DNA of 61,119 nt from an uncultured Hyphomicrobiales bacterium (GCA_964577665.1 CAZOBD010000007.1:1-61119); one strand, 5' to 3'; positions 19,518 through 27,739 are shown, counted from the first letter of the stretch. A program made the numbers and translations. Notes: generated by a model not told the origin, from the letters alone.

Positions 19518-20215
19518 TTATCAGGAAGATGTATATCATAAATTATTATCTCTACTTTGTATTCATTAAAATCATAAAAATATCGAACGAAACCATACTT
19601 TTCACTGAAATAATATTCTCCGCTGAATTTTCCAATTTCACTTATTCCTTGGGCATTTAACACCCAGCAAGTATCACGGATAACAGGATTGCTGTAATAA
19701 ACTTTATCAACAACTTCAATGGCGCCCCTAACTTCCTTGCCTTCGAATTCTTCCCAGCCTTTTCCGGGAGTCAGTTCCCAGTCCATTTTTTGACCTATAT
19801 GTACAGGAAATTTTATCCATGGGAAGGGTACTAATTCTGCTTTTCTCAAATAATCCTGTCTTGGCGGATGCAGCCATATCTCAGGTTTTAATAGTAATCT
19901 TGTTATGAAATTCCCCTGCCTGTCGATAACTCCGGTTCGGGGCTTAATGACGCTTTTACTGCCGTCTTCTCTATAAATTTTATATGTATAATTGATTTCC
20001 TTCTGGGTGTACATCCAAGTTTTGTTGAGGACTACAAAATGTAAAGTATCCACAGTTTTCTTATCGGATTTATGTATTGTGAAGCTGCATTTATATCCCG
20101 GTTTATAGATTAAAGAATTATTGCATGAATTGAGCAGAAAGATTACGCCGAATATTATTACACACATCACCAAAAGTGATAAAACAGATATTAATACAGT
20201 TTTTAAATATTTCAT
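19514..20215 (-). CDS. hypothetical membrane-anchored/lipoprotein
   Basis: 233 aa with an N-terminal TM and a possible lipobox (FLLNSC). I recognise no family. It forms a single-gene cassette. Confidence 0.6.
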   Translation of the reverse strand: MKYLKTVLISVLSLLVMCVIIFGVIFLLNSCNNSLIYKPGYKCSFTIHKSDKKTVDTLHFVVLNKTWMYTQKEINYTYKIYREDGSKSVIKPRTGVIDRQGNFITRLLLKPEIWLHPPRQDYLRKAELVPFPWIKFPVHIGQKMDWELTPGKGWEEFEGKEVRGAIEVVDKVYYSNPVIRDTCWVLNAQGISEIGKFSGEYYFSEKYGFVRYFYDFNEYKVEIIIYDIHLPDK

Positions 20216-20354
20216 AAATCAAGTAATTTGTTAAACTATAATTCAATACGCTGCACTCCTTCAGACAGCAACATTGTATCAGCATATAAATCTTCTCTGT
20301 GATAATAGAAAAATTGAAACTGATAATTAATGGAATTTTAAACTAATTAAAATG

Positions 20355-20540
20355 TTATTTAGTAACAGGTTCCCGCAAATTTTTATTTCTAAATCTAATA
20401 TTATACTTCCCCCTTATTTCTTCAGATTCCTGTTTTATATAATCAACATAGTCTTCAAAATTGCTTTGTTTAAAAGCTTTTTGAAGTGCCTTCTTCATCT
20501 CCCATACTTCGATAAGGGCAGGATCATCTTTCGTCTTCAT
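20355..20540 (-). CDS. small partner ORF of the PIN-like gene (putative antitoxin, downstream position)
   Basis: Start at MKTKDDPALIEVWEMKKAL, overlapping the 3' end of the PIN-like gene by 17 nt. Homologous to the hand-found ORF at 30667-30846 (MKTKIDKSLKEVWDMKEN). Confidence 0.6.
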   Translation of the reverse strand: MKTKDDPALIEVWEMKKALQKAFKQSNFEDYVDYIKQESEEIRGKYNIRFRNKNLREPVTK

Positions 20541-21009
20541 AAATAACCTCCATTGGATTGAGTAGTAAAAGCTGTTTTCTATATCCAAGCGACTGGTTAG
20601 TAATGTTTATTTTTTCTTGTTTGTTGATATTCGCCAAATGCCTGAAATTCCAAGATAATAGGATGTCAAAACCATAATATGTACAGAAGGCAATATGCAG
20701 AGCATCTTCAATTTTCTTTTCAGGAATTATTTTCCTTTCAACGTAAACTTTTGCTATTAATGAAATTTCTCGGTTTATTGCATCAAAATATTCTAAATGA
20801 TATTTTTTTATGGCAGAAAGTAATAGTTTTCTTTTTTCATCTACTTTTGTTTTTGAAATTTCTGCAATAACTATTTCTGAAATAAACACATCATAATAAT
20901 CAAGATATTTTTCAAAAAACTCTAAAGTTATTTCTTTCTTCTCAGGAGACTGCTCTGAAAAAAGAAAGTTGATTACAGATGTATCAAGATAAATTTTAAG
21001 TTTTTTCAT
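20524..21009 (-). CDS. PIN-like domain protein (putative toxin), subtype a
   Basis: 161 aa with MKKLKIYLDTSVINFLF...LLSWNFRHLANI. Paralog of 30830-31318. Confidence 0.75.
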   Translation of the reverse strand: MKKLKIYLDTSVINFLFSEQSPEKKEITLEFFEKYLDYYDVFISEIVIAEISKTKVDEKRKLLLSAIKKYHLEYFDAINREISLIAKVYVERKIIPEKKIEDALHIAFCTYYGFDILLSWNFRHLANINKQEKINITNQSLGYRKQLLLLNPMEVIYEDER

Positions 21010-21020
21010 AGTTTTTTCAA

Positions 21021-21098
21021 ATAAAGAAGCATTCCATTTTAAAATATTGCAAAGCGGAAAAATGCAAAAAGCAGCGAGCCGGAGAGGGGGAACTATGG
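21021..21098. repeat. family A repeat, copy A3
   Basis: ataaagaagcattccattttaaaatattgcaaagcggaaaaatgcaaaaagcagcgagccggagagggggaactatgg. The right hairpin arm is degraded. Confidence 0.8.
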
Positions 21099-21139
21099 TT
21101 TTTCTTAATCTGAAGAATTTTTTTTAGGTCAAGATTTTA

Positions 21140-21382
21140 TTACAAACTGTTATAGATTTCAAGAAATTCATTTCTTGATATACCTGCCTGAGTACAAATT
21201 AATCTAAGTATTGCTCCGTTTATTGTTTTATGATTGGGTAATGTCAAAGGTGTTTTGAAACCTTCCCCATCAACTCTTGCCATTGATATATGCTCTTTTT
21301 CTCTGACAATCTCAAAGCCTGATATCTTAAGAGCTTTAATTACCTTCCTTTTCGGAGCATCAGCAGGAAATTTGCTGCTCAT
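21140..21382 (-). CDS. hicA: HicA family toxin
   Basis: 80 aa, YcfA/HicA-like (VIKALKISGFEIVREKEHISMAR...LPNHKTINGAILRLICTQAGI). 4-nt overlap with the upstream hicB. Confidence 0.75.
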   Translation of the reverse strand: MSSKFPADAPKRKVIKALKISGFEIVREKEHISMARVDGEGFKTPLTLPNHKTINGAILRLICTQAGISRNEFLEIYNSL

Positions 21383-21597
21383 GCAATTGCCTCTTCTTCG
21401 ATAAAAGCTTCAATTATTTCTGCTTCATCATCTAATACGTTATCTCCAAAAGTTTCAATATGAAACTTCAATGCAGATTTAGCATCGTCCAATGCTTCCT
21501 TGTATGTACTGCCTTGTCCGGCAACAACTCCCTGTACTCCCAGCGGATATGCAATATAACTGCCGATGTGTTTTTCTACTACAAATTTTATACTCAT
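21379..21597 (-). CDS. hicB: HicB family antitoxin
   Basis: 72 aa, UPF0150-like (YIAYPLGVQGVVAGQGSTYKEALDDAKSALKFHIE). Confidence 0.75.
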   Translation of the reverse strand: MSIKFVVEKHIGSYIAYPLGVQGVVAGQGSTYKEALDDAKSALKFHIETFGDNVLDDEAEIIEAFIEEEAIA

Positions 21598-21620
21598 ATC
21601 TCCCTTTAACTATTTTTCAA

Positions 21621-21700
21621 ATAAAGAAGCATTCCATTTCAAATTATTGCAGAGCAGAAAAATGGAAAAGCCGCGTGGTGGAGGGGGGGTAGGCGGCTTT
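21621..21700. repeat. family A repeat, copy A4 (compensatory stem variant)
   Basis: ataaagaagcattccatttcaaattattgcagagcagaaaaatgg plus the hairpin aagccgc/gcggctt. The stem sequence differs from other copies but base pairing is preserved. Confidence 0.85.
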
Positions 21701-21708
21701 TGTAAATC

Positions 21709-21933
21709 CTACATTGAGGTCAAAAATTTATCAACAGTTAGCCCTGATAAACGGATCAATGCTCTGAGAGTGCCGATTGAAAGTTCCTTATGCTGTGGAA
21801 TAGAGAGATTTGCGTTCACATCATCTTTAGACATAACAACATGGCTGCCTACCTGCCCGACTTTATACCAGCCGAATCTTTGAAATGCTTTCACAGCTTC
21901 TTTCCCTGAAATATTTGCAAGTCTGCTCATCAC
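21709..21933 (-). CDS. hicA: HicA family toxin
   Basis: 74 aa with AVKAFQRFGWYKVGQVGSHVVMSK...IPQHKELSIGTLRALIRLSGL. Confidence 0.85.
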   Translation of the reverse strand: MMSRLANISGKEAVKAFQRFGWYKVGQVGSHVVMSKDDVNANLSIPQHKELSIGTLRALIRLSGLTVDKFLTSM

Positions 21934-22142
21934 ACGGTTACCAAAAGAGGTTCCTTAGTAGATTTCTCGATTTTTTTATAAGACTTTTGGTCTTCAGCCC
22001 AAAGCCATGCATAAATTGCCTCTTTTATGTTTCTCATTGCCTCTTCTTCAGTTATGCCTTGCGAAACACAACCAGGAAGCGCCGGACATTCAACAACGAA
22101 CCACCCGTCTTCTGCTTTTTCCAGTGTTACATGAAAGTGCAT
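21930..22142 (-). CDS. hicB: HicB family antitoxin
   Basis: 70 aa with GWFVVECPALPGCVSQGITEEEAMRNIKEAI. Confidence 0.85.
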   Translation of the reverse strand: MHFHVTLEKAEDGWFVVECPALPGCVSQGITEEEAMRNIKEAIYAWLWAEDQKSYKKIEKSTKEPLLVTV

Positions 22143-22217
22143 ATAATCTCCGTCAAAATGTTGAATTTTTATAAGATACGTTTTGTAAAGATTTTTATTA
22201 TAAGTATGAATAAAGGT

Positions 22218-22256
22218 AAAAAGCAGCGCGTAGGAGGGGAGAGGACGCTGCGTTTA
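22218..22256. repeat. family A hairpin-only copy A5
   Basis: aaaaagcagcgcgtaggaggggagaggacgctgcgttt. It lies in a divergent intergenic region, so it terminates neither neighbouring gene. Confidence 0.8.
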
Positions 22257-22365
22257 GTGAAATAATAAATACTATCTTTAATCTACTGAACGAATATTTT
22301 GTTTTGATTTATTGAAAATTTTCTTATTTTTATCTTTATTTATAATAATTAAGCAGAAAATTATA

Positions 22366-22587
22366 ATGACGCTTGAAGCAAGAAAATATCACCTAATTAA
22401 TTGGATAACCAATCTGAATGATATTGATACTATTGAATGTCTGGAGGCATTACGAAATTGCCCTTCTGAAACATGGGAAGATCTTCCGCTATCAGTTCGC
22501 AATGGAATTGTTAAATCATTAGAACAGGCTGATAGAGGAGAATTAACAGGCAGCAAAGAAGTATTTGAAAAGTACCGGAAAAGTTAA
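22366..22587 (+). CDS. putative antitoxin of the plus-strand ParE/RelE module
   Basis: Start at MTLEARKYHLINWI, 73 aa, ending 2 nt before the toxin start. This is the only cassette on the plus strand. Confidence 0.6.
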   Translation: MTLEARKYHLINWITNLNDIDTIECLEALRNCPSETWEDLPLSVRNGIVKSLEQADRGELTGSKEVFEKYRKS

Positions 22588-22589
22588 TA

Positions 22590-22895
22590 ATGAATTTACA
22601 AATCCTCTGGACTCCAATAGCTGAGACTACTTTTCAAGAAACCGTTAAATATTTAACATCTGAATGGAGCGAAATCACAGCTTATCAATTCATAGCGAGA
22701 ACTCATGCCATTTTGAGTAATTTATCAACATTTCCGTTAATGTACAAAAGTATTAATGACAAACTCAAGATTAGAAAGGGTTTAATTAACAAGCACATCA
22801 GCTTTTTCTATCGTGTAAAAGCATCTTCTATAGAAATTCTCTACTTTTGGGACAACAGAAGAAATCCCGAAGATTCAGAATATAATGTTCAATGA
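22590..22895 (+). CDS. RelE/ParE family toxin
   Basis: 101 aa, ParE-like (ISFFYRVKASSIEILYFWDNRRNPED). Confidence 0.8.
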   Translation: MNLQILWTPIAETTFQETVKYLTSEWSEITAYQFIARTHAILSNLSTFPLMYKSINDKLKIRKGLINKHISFFYRVKASSIEILYFWDNRRNPEDSEYNVQ

Positions 22896-22930
22896 AAAAA
22901 GCAGCGCGCCGGCGGGGGGACGCTGCTAAA
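22896..22930. repeat. family A hairpin-only copy A6
   Basis: aaaaaagcagcgcgccggcggggggacgctgctaaa. The hairpin (22900-22927) is identical to the A1 core. Confidence 0.85.
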
Positions 22931-23004
22931 TCGCTTTTCTTAATTTAAAAAAGATGACCAAAAAAAAATATTGAGATGCTGGGGTAGGAATGATAAAGAT
23001 AATT

Positions 23005-23277
23005 TTAATAAGCATCTTTCCGTTTACCTATCCATACTATCGAAACAATTTTTATTTCAGAGGTGATGGAATAGACAATTCTATAATCTCCAAGTCTGTA
23101 CCTGTAAAGACCTGATAATCTGCCTTTTAATTTTCTTATGTTTTTACCGAAAAACGGCTGTAGAGATATTTGTTCGAATATTTTGTTTAACTTCGCGGCT
23201 AAATTTTTATCGGATTCGCGATAGAATGTTTCAGCAGATTTTGATAAATTGATATCAAACATTTCTTTTGATATCAT
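23005..23277 (-). CDS. RelE/ParE family toxin
   Basis: 90 aa with LSGLYRYRLGDYRIVYSITSEIKIVSIVWIGKRKDAY. Confidence 0.85.
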   Translation of the reverse strand: MISKEMFDINLSKSAETFYRESDKNLAAKLNKIFEQISLQPFFGKNIRKLKGRLSGLYRYRLGDYRIVYSITSEIKIVSIVWIGKRKDAY

Positions 23278-23476
23278 TGAAATTCACAAAATTACCGGAA
23301 TTGATTTCGTCTAATCCCTTCTTTATTTCAAGGAGTATTTCGGGGGAATTAAGCTCCATAGTACTTTCCCATTCATCTTTACTGTTGAGATAAGACAAAT
23401 AATTATATGCTTCGGCAATTTTTTCTTCAGGTAAACTCTTTACAAGTTCTACAGTTTGATCGTAAATGACATTCAT
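23255..23476 (-). CDS. putative antitoxin (partner of RelE/ParE)
   Basis: 73 aa, acidic. It overlaps the toxin start by 23 nt. Confidence 0.65.
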   Translation of the reverse strand: MNVIYDQTVELVKSLPEEKIAEAYNYLSYLNSKDEWESTMELNSPEILLEIKKGLDEINSGNFVNFNDIKRNV

Positions 23477-23506
23477 TATCTGCTCCTGTTTTTGAATTTT
23501 TAATTA

Positions 23507-23585
23507 AAGATGAAAACCGAAAAAAAATATTGCAAAGCGAAAAAATGAAAAAAGCAGCGAGGCGGTGGGGGTTACGCTGCTTTTA
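23507..23585. repeat. family A repeat, copy A7
   Basis: aaagatgaaaaccgaaaaaaaatattgcaaagcgaaaaaatgaaaaa plus the hairpin agcagcg/cgctgct (23553-23581) and TTTT. Confidence 0.85.
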
Positions 23586-23609
23586 GTAAAAATTATCTAA
23601 AAATTTAAT

Positions 23610-24038
23610 TCACATAATACTTAAACCTTCAAATGAGGCAAGCTCAGACAGGATAATATCCGAAGAGAAAAAAACTTCAATCTTGTCTTTAACTTGCAAG
23701 CTTGATGCAAGCTGGATAGAATCCAATGTTCTCAAACCCCTCTTCCAATGTTTTTCTATAAGGTTTGTCGAAGCATTTCTTATATTTTTGTCAATCAAAA
23801 TGAAGGAAAACTTGTCAACATCATTGTGAAAATGTTGCAGCAGCTTTTTTGAAGATTTTTCGTCAATTTCGTTCATTCTGCACTTTTTCCAGACGACAGA
23901 GCTAAACTCAATGTAACTTAATTCAGATAAAAAGATTTCTTCAATGAAATGATTATTCAGGAAATCTATTAATTCGGGTGTACCCTGTTCGTAGTGATAT
24001 AATTTGAATAGAGAAGATGTATCAAAAAAAACTTTCAT
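23610..24038 (-). CDS. vapC: PIN domain toxin (VapC-like)
   Basis: 142 aa with MKVFFDTSSLFKLY...LRTLDSIQLASSL. ATGA overlap with the upstream antitoxin. Confidence 0.8.
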   Translation of the reverse strand: MKVFFDTSSLFKLYHYEQGTPELIDFLNNHFIEEIFLSELSYIEFSSVVWKKCRMNEIDEKSSKKLLQHFHNDVDKFSFILIDKNIRNASTNLIEKHWKRGLRTLDSIQLASSLQVKDKIEVFFSSDIILSELASFEGLSIM

Positions 24039-24268
24039 TGTTCTTTTCTTCTTTCAATTATTACCTCCTCTGCAAATGAACCTTTGTAATGTTTAAGCAG
24101 TTCTTGTGCTTTTAAAAAAGAAAAATCACTTACGCTTAATCCTTGCTTTTTTTCGTCTTCAAGAATCATTGTTACTTCTACCGGTTTTTTTTGCTCATAC
24201 AACCTGTCGAGTTTTATCTTTCCTTTGTAATATGTACCTTTTATTTCCTGCATTATATCTCCTTTCAC
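24035..24268 (-). CDS. putative antitoxin (DUF104/AF2212-like N-terminus)
   Basis: 77 aa with IKGTYYKGKIKLDRLYEQKKPVEVTMIL. AGGAG Shine-Dalgarno upstream. Confidence 0.65.
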   Translation of the reverse strand: MKGDIMQEIKGTYYKGKIKLDRLYEQKKPVEVTMILEDEKKQGLSVSDFSFLKAQELLKHYKGSFAEEVIIERRKEQ

Positions 24269-24279
24269 AGTTTTTTATA

Positions 24280-24360
24280 ATAAAGAAGCATTCCATTTCA
24301 AAATATTGCAGAGCGGAAAAAATGAATAAAGCAGCGTTGCCGAAGGGGGAGACGCTGCTT
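24280..24360. repeat. family A repeat, copy A8
   Basis: ataaagaagcattccatttcaaaatattgcagagcggaaaaaatgaataa plus the hairpin agcagcgt/acgctgct (24330-24359). Confidence 0.85.
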
Positions 24361-24381
24361 GTTTTACCAGTGTTATTATTG

Positions 24382-24741
24382 TCAAATAATATCATTAATT
24401 TCAAGTTCCTCAATCCAAATAAAATCGTCAGTATTATGAGTTACCAAGGTGTCTTTTCTTACAATAGCTGTTGCGGCAATAATCGAATCTCCGAGAGACA
24501 TCTTTTTTATCTGCTTAAGCTCTTTTGCTTTTAAAATGATTTCCGAAGATATTGGAATTACTTCAATAATGTCGAAAAAACTTTCAAATAAGGTTTTATC
24601 TCTATCCGAAAGCAAATGATAGCCTAATACTTCTAAATAGCTGATAGCAGAAACAGATACAGAATTTTCTGCAATAAAATCTCTGATATTTTCAAATTTT
24701 GGTTGTATAGAATAAATTATTATGTTGCTGTCTATTACCAT
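24382..24741 (-). CDS. vapC: PIN domain toxin (VapC-like)
   Basis: 119 aa with MVIDSNIIIY...SAISYLEVLGY...LGDSIIAATAIVRKDTLVTHNTDDF. Confidence 0.85.
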   Translation of the reverse strand: MVIDSNIIIYSIQPKFENIRDFIAENSVSVSAISYLEVLGYHLLSDRDKTLFESFFDIIEVIPISSEIILKAKELKQIKKMSLGDSIIAATAIVRKDTLVTHNTDDFIWIEELEINDII

Positions 24742-24989
24742 TATTGCCTGCCCGATAAAGGCTTATCAATACGTATGTCTTTCTGCCACTGCACAGGGTC
24801 AATATTTTTAAAAGCTGTAGAATTTTCAGCAAGCTCCGCTAATATTTCTTTAATTTTTAAGGAATTGGTAGAATTTGTATTTACTATTTTTCGTACTCGG
24901 ACTTCAACATCTGAATTATCGAAATCTTCGGGCAATTCCATTTGAATTTTTCTTCGTGTTACTCTTATTCTCTGAGTCATCTCAAGCAT
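24741..24989 (-). CDS. putative antitoxin (partner of VapC)
   Basis: 82 aa. Its stop overlaps the toxin ATG by 1 nt (TAATG). Confidence 0.6.
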   Translation of the reverse strand: MLEMTQRIRVTRRKIQMELPEDFDNSDVEVRVRKIVNTNSTNSLKIKEILAELAENSTAFKNIDPVQWQKDIRIDKPLSGRQ

Positions 24990-25010
24990 AAAAAATCCTT
25001 TTTTATGTTT

Positions 25011-25088
25011 AAAGATGAAAATAAAAAAGAATTATTGCAAAGCAGTAAAACGAAAAAAGCAGCGTTGCCGGAGGGAAGTGCTTCTTTT
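25011..25088. repeat. family A repeat, copy A9 (right arm degraded)
   Basis: aaagatgaaaataaaaaagaattattgcaaagcagtaaaacgaaaaaagcagcgttgccggagggaagtgcttctttt. Confidence 0.8.
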
Positions 25089-25111
25089 AGGATTACTTAT
25101 GTCAGGAATGT

Positions 25112-25513
25112 TTATAGATTAGACAGAAAATCTTCTATTGTTATTATTTTAGTACTATTTATGTGTTTTAAAACTAATAGATCATTATCTCCTGTTATCA
25201 ATAAATCCGCCTTACCGCAAAGGGCTAATTCCAAAAATATATTGTCCTTTGGATCTCTGCAAAGTTCTATCTTTTTATTTATGAATACGATATTTGTAAT
25301 GTCTGAATATCTTGTTAAAAATTCTTTTCGTAAACCTATATCAATGTATTTATTGAATTTATCTCTATGAAGTACTCCTTCGAGTTCCTTCAATGTATCT
25401 TTTGAAGATAACAAAGTAAAATGCTTTCGAGCAATATCGAATACTATTCTTGGCTTGCTGAATGGAAAACATAAACTGCTTACAATGATGTTTGTGTCAA
25501 GAACAATATTCAT
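25112..25513 (-). CDS. PIN family toxin component
   Basis: 133 aa with MNIVLDTNIIVSSL...CRDPKDNIFLELALCGKADLLITGDNDLL. Confidence 0.85.
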   Translation of the reverse strand: MNIVLDTNIIVSSLCFPFSKPRIVFDIARKHFTLLSSKDTLKELEGVLHRDKFNKYIDIGLRKEFLTRYSDITNIVFINKKIELCRDPKDNIFLELALCGKADLLITGDNDLLVLKHINSTKIITIEDFLSNL

Positions 25514-25517
25514 ATAC

Positions 25518-25739
25518 TCAGTCTTTTAATAGCTCAGCTAGTTTTTCCTCATTTAAGCCGTTTTCCAATGCCTGTAAACCGGCTTTATCCATTAGTAAAG
25601 AAAGCGAATCCTTTTCGCTGTCATTCTTTAGCCATTGATATAACAATAAGTTTACGCTTTTCTTCTGCTTTTTTGTTGCTTTATTATAAAGCAGAGCAGT
25701 CTTTTCATCAACTTCAATATTCAATTTTTTAGACAGCAT
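25518..25739 (-). CDS. putative antitoxin (partner of PIN toxin)
   Basis: Start at MLSKKLNIEVDEKT (ATG 25739), 73 aa, ending 4 nt before the PIN start. Confidence 0.6.
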   Translation of the reverse strand: MLSKKLNIEVDEKTALLYNKATKKQKKSVNLLLYQWLKNDSEKDSLSLLMDKAGLQALENGLNEEKLAELLKD

Positions 25740-25780
25740 ATATTTTTTGTTTTTTAATTCTATTAAACGACATATACACA

Positions 25781-25860
25781 ATAAGAGAAGCATTCCATTT
25801 CAAAATATTGCAGAGGGGAAAAAGGAAAAAGCAGTGTGCCGGAGGGGGAACGCTGCTTTT
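25781..25860. repeat. family A repeat, copy A10 (last A copy)
   Basis: ataagagaagcattccatttcaaaatattgcagaggggaaaaaggaaaa plus the hairpin agcagtgt/acgctgct (25830-25857) and a T-run. Confidence 0.85.
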
Positions 25861-25877
25861 TTTTAAAACACTACTTA

Positions 25878-26387
25878 TTATTTCTCAGCTTGTTTAACCA
25901 TTTCTTTGATGATTGCTTCACATTTTTTTCCTACAACTAATGCCTCAACAAACAAATCTGGATCATCCTCATCTTTCAAAAGTTTAGTTAACAAAGATTT
26001 TTCTTTGGGAGCTTGTGTTAACACCTCTTCATAATACTCATCTGTCTGTGAGTAAGTGACATTAACTATCTTTTTTTCAATTAATTTGCCGTCAGTAAAC
26101 ATGGAAGCTGTTCTCAATTCAAGAGTTAGATTAATTACACAAAAGCTCTCATCATAATTTTTTTCATATGCTTTAATCCAGAGAGAATAATCCTCACCAA
26201 CTTCAACTACTTTAGCCCATTTAGAAGACTTCAAATAAGATATGATTCCATTTTTAGCGGCAGTAATATCAATTTTATCTTCCATTTTGCTTTTAACATC
26301 AATCCTTGTTTTTGCATTTGCATTGTTTAAAAATAAACAGTTTAAAAGAAAAGCGCTTACAAAAAATATCATTACTTTTTTTAACAT
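25878..26387 (-). CDS. hypothetical secreted protein (last gene of the 4-gene operon)
   Basis: Start at MLKKVMIFFVSAFLLNCLFLNNANA (ATG 26387, GGAG Shine-Dalgarno 8 nt upstream). No family recognised. Confidence 0.6.
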   Translation of the reverse strand: MLKKVMIFFVSAFLLNCLFLNNANAKTRIDVKSKMEDKIDITAAKNGIISYLKSSKWAKVVEVGEDYSLWIKAYEKNYDESFCVINLTLELRTASMFTDGKLIEKKIVNVTYSQTDEYYEEVLTQAPKEKSLLTKLLKDEDDPDLFVEALVVGKKCEAIIKEMVKQAEK

Positions 26388-26445
26388 AATAAACTCCATA
26401 AATAAATAAAAATATTTTATCAAATATCATTCAATACCGTTTTGT

Positions 26446-26820
26446 TTATCCTAATCTTGATGGTATCTCTGGTTTTAATTTCATTTCTAAAAATATCTCA
26501 AGTGCAGCTACCCAATGTAAGTCTTCACTATGCTTAATATTAAACAATAAAAGGATTGTTTCTGAATCATTTTCTAATTGTTTCATCCAACCAGCAGTGT
26601 TATCCTCTAAATGCTGTAAAGCTCTTTTTCTGGAATTGCTTAATGATCTGCCGATTCTAATAACTTGTTCGTTTTTTAAGAAAACATAAACACCTGGCAT
26701 GGCGGCTCCATTATTTTGATGAAGTGTTTCCTCATTAAGAGAGTACTCAATTATGTTGAATTTATCTTTAACAAATCCAAACTCGTCTTCAAATAAATTA
26801 ATAATATTTGATTTTTCCAT
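26446..26820 (-). CDS. hypothetical protein with GIY-YIG-like N-terminal motif
   Basis: 124 aa. PGVYVFLKNEQVIRIGRS resembles the GIY..YIG motif of GIY-YIG nucleases. The assignment is tentative. Confidence 0.45.
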   Translation of the reverse strand: MEKSNIINLFEDEFGFVKDKFNIIEYSLNEETLHQNNGAAMPGVYVFLKNEQVIRIGRSLSNSRKRALQHLEDNTAGWMKQLENDSETILLLFNIKHSEDLHWVAALEIFLEMKLKPEIPSRLG

Positions 26821-26836
26821 TTTTAACTCCTGATAT

Positions 26837-27064
26837 TTATTTTAGAATATAGCCACAACTAGGACATAATAAATTCACTCCACCTTTTTTAGGCTTCCAA
26901 AATAAATAAAGCAAACCTGCTGAACAACATATAGCAACAAAATGAAACCATAAAGGATATTTTCCTTTATCTGTTTCAACAAAATCCATTGCCCCTTTAA
27001 AACCACATTTTGGACATTTTCCTTCTTTTTTTGAGAAGTTTCTCATCGCAGCTTCTTTTGGCAT
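26837..27064 (-). CDS. small zinc-ribbon membrane protein
   Basis: 75 aa with CPKCG...(TM: LWFHFVAICCSAGLLYLFW)...CPSCG. Confidence 0.55.
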   Translation of the reverse strand: MPKEAAMRNFSKKEGKCPKCGFKGAMDFVETDKGKYPLWFHFVAICCSAGLLYLFWKPKKGGVNLLCPSCGYILK

Positions 27065-27112
27065 TTTTTACCTTTATTTTTGATGTAACAAAAGTTTATT
27101 TAAATATTTTTA

Positions 27113-27631
27113 TCAGGCATCAGCCCATATTTTTATTCCATGTCTTTTTCTTTCTTCCATTGAGTATTTCCTTATTTGTTCTGATAATTCATTACCGTTT
27201 TTTAAACCGTTAATTCTTAAAACTGGTGTCGCTCTGTCTGATGTATGTAGCATTAATTCACTAAAACCTAATATTCTCATTCCTATTGGCTTGTTAACAG
27301 AAATATCATCAATTCTATATAATTCTATAGTTTTCTGTGATTTTGAGATAATACCTGATTCAATTAGAATCCTTTGATTAGTAATCTTATAATTCGTTGT
27401 TTTGCTATTAATAGCATAGTAAATATAAGCTATTCCAATAGTTAGAAATATGAAAATTATTTGTTTGATATCATACACAATTGATGGGTTACCTTCAAAC
27501 AAATAACTTTCAACCAAAGATTTCTTTTTTGCATGAAATTCTTCAATATCTTCTCCACAAAATCTACATTTGATTGCAGAAGATTTAATAGTTTCTCCGC
27601 AGATTGGACATTGTTTGTTACTGTCTTCCAT
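27113..27631 (-). CDS. zinc-ribbon + bacterial PH (bPH_2/DUF304-like) membrane protein
   Basis: Start at MEDSNKQCPICG (ATG 27631, GGAG upstream). Contains CPICG..CRFCG, a TM segment, and YKITNQRILIESGIISKSQKTIELYRIDDISV, which is typical of YdbS/YdbT-type PH domains. Confidence 0.65.
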   Translation of the reverse strand: MEDSNKQCPICGETIKSSAIKCRFCGEDIEEFHAKKKSLVESYLFEGNPSIVYDIKQIIFIFLTIGIAYIYYAINSKTTNYKITNQRILIESGIISKSQKTIELYRIDDISVNKPIGMRILGFSELMLHTSDRATPVLRINGLKNGNELSEQIRKYSMEERKRHGIKIWADA

Positions 27632-27739
27632 TTCGACTCCAAAAATTATTATAAAATAATCATAAAAAAAAGGGCATTTTCGCATTTATGCCCTAAATCG
27701 AGGTATCGCCAAACACCCTTGAACCAGACATAAAGGAAA

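Noticed and set aside
20248-20272. Possible degenerate, inverted family A hairpin (acgctgca-ctccttcagac-agca) in the one junction that lacks a repeat (between 19514-20215 and 20355-20540)
   Set aside because: Only about 8+4 nt resemble the stem arms, and the similarity is within what chance could give in 140 nt. It is too weak to annotate.
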